Shown: positions 53,501 to 64,000 of the stretch, in pieces
Position numbering within the stretch: position 1 is the stretch's first letter
Layout: every line of letters begins with the position of its first letter
Source: Eimeria praecox
Lineage: Eukaryota
Assembly: GCA_963920595.1 (NCBI GenBank)
Contig: OY986949.1
Span: forward strand, 248,001-312,000
Direction of reading: 5' to 3'
DNA: 64,000 nucleotides
Position numbers and translations under genes: made by a program
The notes under the pieces: model-generated
The model's input: the letters and a program-made list of their open reading frames with translations, nothing else
Databases searched by the model: none
Told to the model about the DNA's origin: nothing

Positions 53501-56500
53501 CTGCCAGCTACTCTCCCAACTGCTTGCTCTTCAGCACTACCACCAAACAGGGGCCGGAGAAGCAGAGGAAGGGGCGTAAAAAATGAGACTAGGGCGTCTG
53601 GAGTCCTCCCACTACAGCTTAGTGCTTTGAGAACGCCAATTGATCTGCATACGCCACTAGGCATCGTACAATTTGACCTAAGATGCCACATCCCCTTGCA
53701 TTCCTAATAGCTTAACATTCTTGTGAACACGCCACTGCGCTGTGAAGAGCCTGAACGGCCTGGTCGCGAGTGTGGCATAACCGCATAGAGGCTAGAGAGG
53801 CTGCTTTGGGGGGAAAAAAGCACTCAGGGCCCTGTTGAAGATCGCCTCCCTCAACTCGTGTTAGGCTATATACAGGTAAATGCACATGCGCACAAAAGCA
53901 TGCAGGTACGCAGACACACACACAAATGCATACACACAATCAGACATCGAGCTGCCAATGCTTTATGCCTCCCTGCGCACAAAAGCATGCAGGTACGCAG
54001 ACACACACACAAATGCATACACACAATCAGACATCGAGCTGCCAATGCTTTATGCCTCCCTATGAGACCTGCCGTGAGGGGTGATTCTGAGCTTTCACCC
54101 CACGCAAATTTGATCTAAGCACTCCAGGCAAGACCATAGCCTCAATCCTACTGGCGCAGACATCACAACACACTGCACACAACCAGTCTGCTTGCTATTG
54201 GCCTGTCTGCACTGTCTGCAGAAGGCAGATGCAAAAGCTCAAGAATGTTCTCCGCAGTTCAGGCTCCACCCTGGATGGAGATCCAGGCGCTCGCTCCTTC
54301 GAAACAAGCACTAGGCTTGCGACAGAAATCTTCTCGTACACTGTCTACTCTCTCGTGTCTTAAACAACACCTAGGCATTCTCTTGAATAGCCATCCATCC
54401 TACACTTACGAAGGCATAATAGGTCGCTATGGACAAATATGACGCCTTACACCAAATAATATACTGACATGCACGTCTCCTTGCCCTTGCTAGCACCCAA
54501 TGGATAGCCCGCTCTGTCTAACACACCTTCAAGCCGCACGCCCAACGCCGACCTAGCCATCTGTTCGTTCGGACCACCGCTACACGAAAAGGAAAGGCAG
54601 CACGGACTACCCACCTATCTCCTGCACATAGAAAACTTCCGTGCTACTGAACGCAGACGGGCGGCGTTTCCCCGCACTACATAAACAGCAAACAAGGCAT
54701 CTTGCCGGTTTGTTGATCCAGTCTATCCTATCACATTCTGCAACTTTAAAATGCTGCCCACGGCATTGCCCAAAAACAAAAATTTGTTGCGCCGCTTGCT
54801 TCGAGGTAATCGCCTAAGGTATGATCAACGTCTGCACTCAGTTTGGTTGCCGTCAAGCCTCCTATGCTCAATTGCTAGCAGACGCCTTTCGCGGTCCATG
54901 CATCAGCTGCATGGGCAGCATGCCTCCTATTCAAGAGCCATCAGAAGTTCTGTAAGCATATGCTGACCAGCTGCCAGCCCTTGCTTCTCCTTGCATCCAA
55001 AACGCCCAACTGTGTCTTCCTGCCACACGAATCAAACGCCTACAAAAGCACAATCGCCGTCCCTGTTCATATCCATCTGATGCACCTGCTGCCCAGTCAT
55101 GCTCCGAAGCAAACAAACCCAAATCCCCTCTAAGCAACGAAAGACCGCTACAAGCCCCCACTCTTACGCTACACAGATTCCGCGTTCTTCATGTGGAAAC
55201 CGAAAAGCTCAAACGCCTGTACGCTGGCCTAGATGTCATTTGGTTCCCCCAAACGCAAGACGTGCAGGCGTAAGGTTTAAAGGTTTAAGGTTTACACGCA
55301 CGCCGTCCCGACATCCCAAAACAGCGTACGCATCTCCCATGCAACTCGTTGCGTAGCAGGGTATGCTATGTGCTACATATGAGAGGCGCCAAGGCGCCTA
55401 ACGCCGCTACTGCATCAACACAAGTTTTGTCTCGTGCTGTGCGATCCACGGCAAATCGCTGCACAATGCCAACAACACGCACACGTGGACCCGCACACAT
55501 CTGCGTAGACCTTCTGGTGCCATCCACAGCGCCTACGCAACAGCGACGGAAACGGAATCTCCAAACGCTTCTTCTGCAACGCAGCAGCGACGCGCAAAAT
55601 GCAAACGTGGGCACTACATGCAGCAAGGGCACAAGCCTCGTACACTCTGGTCTCGAAGAATCCAACGCCTTGCAACACAGACTAATCATGTCCCCAACCT
55701 GGCAACATACACTGAGGGCAGCTCGTCTTCGACGTAGCCACTAGACACATCTATGCATTAAACACATGCCTTGCCATGTTTGCGGAGTCCAGCATTTGTC
55801 TACTAGACCGCCAACTGTCCACACATGATGTTCATACGCACTCGCTTTAGAGCATCCAGGCATACTGAAGCGGTGCTAGAGCAATTCAGTCCACGACAAA
55901 ATCTGTTGCCCATACAACGGTGCGCTTTCTTCTGGTGTAAAGCACCATTATCGCAGCGCGCAGCTTGTATCACATGGCACGGGATCTGTGCCCCATCGAT
56001 GCGAAGAGTTCATAACTGCGTGGGTAAAAACCCCATACCACCAACCCGTGAGTACGGTGCCTTGCACAGGTCACAGCTGCTGCACACAAGGTAGGTTATC
56101 GTACGCTCTGCTCCAGAACCACGTGGCACTAGTGTTGCATGGACATCATGCCTGTCTCAGTTTAGCTTTGGACTCCTCAAAAGAATGCACCTGCTCTCCC
56201 GGACAAGTCGCACTTGTCGATCTGCAACCCAAACGGATCCCCGAAATCCGCCATGCAGCAAAGGTGTATGCTGTGCCATTTATCGATTCTTTAGCGTTGC
56301 CATCTGTTGTTGAAGCCTTGACACTAAAGTAAATACCGACGCTTCAGCCTAAGCGTCTTGTGGGCACCCAGCGAACGAGCTTGAACTAAAGGCCTTTCTG
56401 TGAAAACGTGCGGCGGGAAGAGCAGGGCCGTGAACAGCACGTAGGCACTTTGCGTCACCGACCGTCTACCTGCGTCACAGAAACATTGGCACTGCGGCAC

Positions 56501-59500
56501 AAATGAACCACAATACGCACGTAGAAACCAGAAACGCTGCAAATGAGCAGCTGTGTGCGCCCCTTGCTCATGTAGCTCTCCCAGATTCCTCTGGAGTAAA
56601 TCCACCTGTTGTTAGCAGCTTCAACGCCTTGCAGACAGTGGCATCACGCGTCCAGCAAACACCTGATGCAGCACTACGCATTTGATTGCGGGTGTAACAA
56701 GAAGAATTCAGCCGAGCGTACGCCCTCCCTGGTTGGGCTGGGCACGATGCCGTGCCAAAGCACATCGCTTGGGCAGCGGGTTACTGATACCCTTTGCTGT
56801 CATTTACTGGAAGCACGCGAGTGCCATTTGTGCTCACTCGCTAAACCGGAAAGGATACACCGCACCACTAAAGCAAAAAACCCAATGCATGATGCACGCT
56901 CGGTGGTTACTCGTTACGTTCTTCAACGCAACAATATTTCACGTTGCTTGTTTCGATGCTCTCGCATAACCTTCTGCCAGCTACTCTCCCAACTGCTTGC
57001 TCTTCAGCACTACCACCAAACAGGGGCCGGAGAAGCAGAGGAAGGGGCGTAAAAAGTGAGACTAGGGCGTCTGGAGTCCTCCCACTACAGCTTAGTGCTT
57101 TGAGAACGCCAATTGATCTGCATACGCCACTAGGCATCGTACAATTTGACCTAAGATGCCACATCCCCTTGCATTCCTAATAGCTTAACATTCTTGTGAA
57201 CACGCCACTGCGCTGTGAAGAGCCTGAACGGCCTGGTCGCGAGTGTGGCATAACCGCATAGAGGCTAGAGAGGCTGCTTTGGGGGGAAAAAAGCACTCAG
57301 GGCCCTGTTGAAGATCGCCTCCCTCAACTCGTGTTAGGCTATATACAGGTAAATGCACATGCGCACAAAAGCATGCAGGTACGCAGACACACACACAAAT
57401 GCATACACACAATCAGACATCGAGCTGCCAATGCTTTATGCCTCCCTGCGCACAAAAGCATGCAGGTACGCAGACACACACACAAATGCATACACACAAT
57501 CAGACATCGAGCTGCCAATGCTTTATGCCTCCCTATGAGACCTGCCGTGAGGGGTGATTCTGAGCTTTCACCCCACGCAAATTTGATCTAAGCACTCCAG
57601 ACAAGACCATAGCCTCAATCCTACTGGCGCAGACATCACAACACACTGCACACAACCAGTCTGCTTGCTATTGGCCTGTCTGCACTGTCTGCAGAAGGCA
57701 GATGCAAAAGCTCAAGAATGTTCTCCGCAGTTCAGGCTCCACCCTGGATGGAGATCCAGGCGCTCGCTCCTTCGAAACAAGCACTAGGCTTGCGACAGAA
57801 ATCTTCTCGTACACTGTCTACTCTCTCGTGTCTTAAACAACACCTAGGCATTCTCTTGAATAGCCATCCATCCTACACTTACGAAGGCATAATAGGTCGC
57901 TATGGACAAATATGACGCCTTACACCAAATAATATACTGACATGCACGTCTCCTTGCCCTTGCTAGCACCCAATGGATAGCCCGCTCTGTCTAACACACC
58001 TTCAAGCCGCACGCCCAACGCCGACCTAGCCATCTGTTCGTTCGGACCACCGCTACACGAAAAGGAAAGGCAGCACGGACTACCCACCTATCTCCTGCAC
58101 ATAGAAAACTTCCGTGCTACTGAACGCAGACGGGCGGCGTTTCCCCGCACTACATAAACAGCAAACAAGGCATCTTGCCGGTTTGTTGATCCAGTCTATC
58201 CTATCACATTCTGCAACTTTAAAATGCTGCCCACGGCATTGCCCAAAAACAAAAATTTGTTGCGCCGCTTGCTTCGAGGTAATCGCCTAAGGTATGATCA
58301 ACGTCTGCACTCAGTTTGGTTGCCGTCAAGCCTCCTATGCTCAATTGCTAGCAGACGCCTTTCGCGGTTCATGCATCAGCTGCATGGGCAGCATGCCTCC
58401 TATTCAAGAGCCATCAGAAGTTCTGTAAGCATATGCTGACCAGCTGCCAGCCCTTGTTTCTCCTTGCATCCAAAACGCCCAACTGTGTCTTCCTGCCACA
58501 CGAATCAAACGCCTACAAAAGCACAATCGCCGTCCCTGTTCATATCCATCTGATGCACCTGCTGCCCAGTCATGCTCCGAAGCAAACAAACCCAAATCCC
58601 CTCTAAGCAACGAAAGACCGCTACAAGCCCCCACTCTTACGCTACACAGATTCCGCGTTCTTCATGTGGAAACCGAAAAGCTCAAACGCCTGTACGCTGG
58701 CCTAGATGTCATTTGGTTCCCCCAAACGCAAGACGTGCAGGCGTAAGGTTTAAAGGTTTAAGGTTTACACGCACGCCGTCCCGACATCCCAAAACAGCGT
58801 ACGCATCTCCCATGCAACTCGTTGCGTAGCAGGGTATGCTATGTGCTACATATGAGAGGCGCCAAGGAGCCTAACGCCGCTACTGCATCAACACAAGTTT
58901 TGTCTCGTGCTGTGCGATCCACGGCAAATCGTTGAGCAATGCCAACAGCACGCACACGTGGACCCACACACATCTGCGTAGACCTTCTGGTGCCATCCAC
59001 AGCGCCTACGCAACAGCGACGGAAACGGAATCTCCAAACGCTTCTTCTACAACGCAGCAGCGACGCGCAAAATGCAAACGTGGGCACTACATGCAGCAAA
59101 GATACAAGTCTCAGACACTCTGGTCTCGAAGAATCCAACGCCTTGCAACACAGACTAATCATGTCCCCAACCTGGCAACATACACTGAGGGCAGCTCGTC
59201 TTCGACGTAGCCACTAGACGCATCTATGCACTAAACACATGCCTTGCCATGTTTGCGGAGTCCAGCATTTGTCTACTAGACTGCCAATTGTCCACACATG
59301 ATGTTCATACGCACTCGCTTTAGAGCATCCAGGCATACTGAAGCGGTGCTAGAGCAATTCAGTCCACGACAAAATCTGTTGCCCATACAACGGTGCGCTT
59401 TCTTCTGGTGTAAAGCACCATTATCGCAGCGCGCAGCTTGTATCACATGGCACGGGATCTGTGCCCCATCGATGCGAAGAGTTCATAACTGCCTAGGTAA

Positions 59501-60930
59501 AAATCCCATACCACCAGCCAGTGAGTACGATGCTTTGCACAGGTCACAGCTGCTGCACACAAGGTAGGTTATCGTACGCTCTGCTCCAGAACCACGTGGC
59601 ACTAGTGTTGCATGGACATCATGCCTGTCTCAGTTTAGCTTTGGACTCCTCAAAAGAATGCATCTGCTCTCCCGGACAAGTCGCACTTGTTGATCTGCAA
59701 CCCAAACGGATCCCTGAAGTCCGCCATGCAGCAAAGGTGTATGCTGTGCCATTTATCGATTCTTTAGCGTTGCCATCTGTTGTTGAAGCCTTGACACTAA
59801 AGTAAATACCGACGCTTCAGCCTAAGCGTCTTGTGGGCACCCAGCGAACGAGCTTGAAGCAAAGACCTTTCTGTGAAAACGTGCGGCGGGAAGAGCATGG
59901 CCGTGAACAGCACGTAGGCACTTGGCGTCACCGACCGTCTACTTGCGTCACAGAAATATTGGCACTGCGGCACAAATGAGCCACAATACGCACGTAGAAA
60001 CCAGAAACGCTGCAAATGAGCAGCTGTGTGCGCCCCTTCATCATGTAGCTCTCCCAGATTCCTCTGGAGTAAATCCACCTGTTGTTAGCAGCTTCAACGC
60101 CTTGCAGACAGTGGCATCACGCGTCCAGCAAACACCTGATGCAGCACTACGCATTTGATTGCGGGTGTGACAAGAAGAATTCAGCCGAGCGTACGCCCTC
60201 CCTGGTTGGGCTGGGCACGATGCCGTGCCAAAGCACATCGCATGGGCGATGGAGTGCTAATACCCTCCGCCCTCATTCTCTGGAAGCATATAGATGCAAT
60301 TTGCGTTTGTGCGTACTCCCTAAACCACAAATGGTATGCCGCATCAGCGAGATAGAAAACCGGTGCATGATGCACGCTGGGTGGTTACTTGTTACGTTCT
60401 TCAACGCAACAACATTTCACGTTGCTTGCTTCGATGCTCTCGTCTAACCGTTTGCCAACCTAAACTCCCAAGCGTTTGCTATTCAGTTTTATCACTAGAC
60501 AGCGGCTGGCCAGCACGTACTGGTCGGTTGCCTGCACGGAGAGGTGTAGGAAATGTGACTAGGGCTTCTGGAGTCCTCACACCAGAGCTTAGTGCTTGGA
60601 GAAAGCCAGTTATGCTGCGCACGCCACTAGGCAGCGTACACTCTAAGCCAAACACCCACAGCCCCTTGAATACTCAATGCCTTGCCCTTCTCGTGAGCAA
60701 GCAACTGCGTTGTGAAGAGCATGGTTGGCCTGGCGGTAAATGTGGCAAGAGGGGCTGTTGTTCTCCAGTACCGCACTCATGGCCTGAAGAGGCCATGAGT
60801 GCTGTACTCGATTGCTGCTTCCCTCATGCGCGTTATTACGCTATGCAGAGACCGGTGCTGATGCGTGAACAAAGCTTCAGGCACAACAGAAACCGTAGGC
60901 ATACAAACAACCCGGCATCGAGCTTCCATT
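41100..60930. repeat. Tandem array 2b: six ~3.4 kb units (one internally deleted to ~2.13 kb) plus a terminal module M
   Basis: M starts near 41100, 44530, 47925, 50060, 53415, 56890 and 60365. Repeated ORF peptide ends at 43958, 47360, 49494, 52852, 56324 and 59797 (spacings 3402, 2134, 3358, 3472, 3473). Confidence 0.96.
50557..50596 (+). repeat. (CA)20 microsatellite in module M
   Basis: Direct reading. Confidence 0.97.
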
Positions 60931-61559
60931 GCATGATTGGCTCCCCAACACACGCCGCAGTGATCGACCTTATCATCTGCGAGCTCACCTCCTGCTCAGA
61001 TTCACGCCTCGCACCGCGATATGCGCGCGTCCACCAACCCCTCTGCAACGGCCTTTGGGATCCTCCGAAGGGCCTTCGAAGTTTACCACTGGCATGCAGC
61101 ACGCCCCTGAGCATCCAACGCCGCATGATACCACGCGGAAGTCACACACGACCCACGAACGTGTAATCATATGTCTTACCATTGAACCCTTGGTCACTTT
61201 GCTCTCCGCCTGAAATGTGAAGGTGCCAAAGACAAGCAGTAACTGCACCCCCTTGACTCCAGGCCGCTACATTTTGAAGAGGGCACATTTGGCGACATCT
61301 GTACTGCTTGGCTGCAACCTATGTCTCCAGTTTTTTGTCTTTCAACGTGGGAAGTTGCATCGAACATTTCACGTTGACGTGTGAAGTATTGCTTGATAAT
61401 GGCGACTCACTGCGAGTTGGCTTGAATTGAAATTCTGGCCATGTAGCGTTCAGTTTTACAATGGACTGCCGTCAAAATACACTCCCACACAGCTTACCCA
61501 TCTACGAAACATGGCGACAAGGCACGCAAGCAAACGTTAGTTTCCAAAATCTGAGGTAG

Positions 61560-64000
61560 CCAGGTGACAGTCGATCACTTTCAACTCTGTATTCACGCTG
61601 GGCAGCGGCTCTGGATTTCAATGGGCATGCAATTTTCACTTGCACTTCACATATCCCCAGGGTCTCAGCAGCCAACTGCGTACCTCATTGCCTTCAGAAA
61701 GCGCAAATAAAAACGATATACTACTGTGCACTTCTGTGAGCGAGTAATACTGGCCACTGTAGGTGCATCATTTCATCGAAATAGGTCTCGCTAATCCAAA
61801 TCAATACACGCAACTACACCAGCTTGGACAGAGGATATAAAGCACTGCCATCCTCCCTCAACAAACCGCACAGCAAATGCCAAAACATTTATGAGTGTGG
61901 TGCACCTTGTGCTGCCTTCCTGCAGGCAAGCCGCAAGATCAGGCGTGGCTTCCTTCAAAGCAATCTTTGAACTTGTGACGGCCCAATCCGCAAGGGCCTT
62001 TGAGGAAGAGGATAAGATTCTGGAGATTATTAGAACACTGAAAAATAGACTGTACAGGCAGCAGCGGGCTCCAATCCTAAACGGTCAGCCTAGCACACGC
62101 GTTCTCTAGTTTGGCTTGGCGCAAAGGGGTGACGAAGGACATTGCGTGCCCGACCGGCAACTGGTAAGCTCTGCCTTCTTTGACTGGGTCGCAAACGCGT
62201 GGGCGCACTTGCTTAACGGCAAATAGTGCGTAGCATCAGGGCCGCAGCCATCCGACACACGATGCCATTTGTAGTAAGCCTGACTCTCGTTAATCGGGAG
62301 CCGCCTCAAGACAACAACATTGCTAGCTGGCCCTTTCGTTGCTATTGCCTAAACGCTTCCCAACCTAAACATGCGGTATCCAGTTCCTCATTATTACTCG
62401 CACCAGGTGCCCGGTGAGGCGCATATATTCTCACAGCAAATGCGAGTACGCACTCTGAAGTCCTCACAGGACATATTAGCGCTTTGGCAAAACTATTGAT
62501 GCGGCGCACGCCACTAGGCATCGTGCACTCTGAACCAAACACGAGCGAAGATTTGCATAGTGAATAGATTCACATTCCTGATGAGAGTAGCATACTGTGT
62601 TTTGCAGAGCCTGGTCGGCCTGGCAGTAAATGCGACGAAACCACATAAAGGCTAGGGAGCTCCCAGTCAACGAACGGTGCAAGTAGCGATCCTTCACTGT
62701 CGATGCTTCCAACCCTTGCATTGCGTTGTTGGGCCATACACAGGTGTATCCGCATATGCACCCAAACATGCAAGCACGCAGGAGCATACAAACAAACAAA
62801 CAACCCGGAATCGGGCTTCCATTGCATTATTGCCGCCCCAACACGAGCCGCAGTGGTCGGCCCTATCATCTGCGTGCTCACCTCCTGCGCAGATTCACGC
62901 TTCCCTCAACTCCTCCCCACTCGGCTTTGAGCGCGTCTCCCAAGCGCTCGTCAACGTCCTTTGGGCTCCTACGATGTCGTTGGGTGAGAAGGTCGAGAAG
63001 GAGTTCTGTGGCATACAGCACGCCCCTGAGTGTCCAGCACCGCACGCAGCCACACTGAAGTGACCGAGCACCCAAACGGTCCAGAACGCACGGCTCCTCG
63101 TCCCCTAAAACACCGCACCAGTGCTGACGGATGCCACGCTGACCGATTCTTCGGAAGCAGGCCGGCTGCCTCTTTGCGTTATCTCCAACGTTCCGCAATG
63201 CGTACCTCCTGAATAGAACGCCAACCACCACTACTCACGGCAAAGCATGCTGCCTTGCACTCTCCCATCCACCACCCGTCAACTCCACGTAGCTCTTCGA
63301 TGCTTATCCCGCACCGCGCCTTCTTCTTACCACGTTTAATGCATCGAAGCGAATGAGACCCTCGGTCGAACGCCACCACATTTTATTTCTCATATCTGCA
63401 TCCGCCGGAATGACGTGCGTGCCTGCTAGGCACCCTGCCCACGGGAACGCAAACCCGCAAACCACCCTGCCACCATTCAGCAAATGCCATGAAAAGTATT
63501 GGGCGCGCACCCAACCACAGGCGCCTCCCACACAAAGCATATAAAACATCGTTTCGCCATTGCTGAGAATCCAGTCATCGTTGCCACCTGTGCTGCACTG
63601 CCATGCTGCTCTTCTACCTGCGCTGGCAACGAAAACACCTTCTGAATCACCATTTGAGTCCCGCTGAGGTAGCCACCTATACGCCGCCCCCTGGCGTCCA
63701 AACCCCAATCGATTAGCACATGCTCCTCCTCCTAGGTCAATGCAACGTCATGAGGTGATTCTAGCACTCTGTAGAACGTATAAAACAAGTTCCTTCCCCC
63801 AGAGTCACCTTGCAAATACAAAATTCCCTAAGCGCACCAACGACTCGTACAGTTCCTTCTACATTCTAGTCGACTAGCCAAACTTGCAATTCCTGCGCAT
63901 TTATCCCCAACACGTTCTCATTATACCTGCGCATCTATCGTTCTGTCTGGCGTCTGTCACGTAGCGAAAATACTTTGAACAGGCTTCGCCCACGTCATTA
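61560..64000. repeat. Old diverged X'-M-Y copy followed by the start of another X
   Basis: AACTCTGTATTC (~61584 vs ~29569); ATCCAAATCAA (~61794 vs ~30133); M-like CGCACGCCACTAGGCATCGT (~62505); TGCGCATCTATC...ACAGGCTTC.CCCACGTCATT (63928-63999 vs 27370-27441). Confidence 0.85.

Noticed and set aside
12416..63719. Numerous 60-160 aa ORFs repeated across the arrays, and the 276 aa ORF at 60336-61166
   Set aside because: Their recurrence reflects DNA duplication. They overlap in several frames, are broken by indels between copies and show no recognisable domain.
27150..64000. Tandem SAG surface-antigen gene cluster (spacing would fit)
   Set aside because: No SAG-like motifs (CL..N..R...GL, conserved Cys pattern, GPI tail) seen in the ORF track or in the frames I translated by hand.
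1..64000. CRISPR array, tRNA or rRNA genes
   Set aside because: No short repeat-spacer pattern, cloverleaf or rRNA-conserved sequence found by eye.

Overview
Eukaryotic genomic DNA, most likely an eimeriid coccidian (Eimeria/Cyclospora-like). This is inferred from a chromodomain-bearing Ty3/gypsy relic, an AT-rich plastid-type tufA fragment and a decayed TM+RRLA reading frame. I cannot support any intact protein-coding or RNA gene. 1-5.0 kb: nested, decayed LTR-retrotransposon pieces (chromovirus pol pseudogene, a second inverted RT fragment, several LTR-like ends). 5-12.5 kb: mostly unassignable DNA with a ~135 bp apicoplast-like tufA insertion and several short perfect inverted repeats. 12.5-64 kb: large tandem arrays (five ~2267 bp units, three ~1020 bp units, a ~10.6 kb-offset segmental duplication, ~3.4 kb units). 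Shared diverged motifs indicate these different-looking arrays descend from one ancestral multi-kb sequence amplified at several time depths, forming a gene-free higher-order repeat domain. All alignments and boundaries were made by eye and are approximate.
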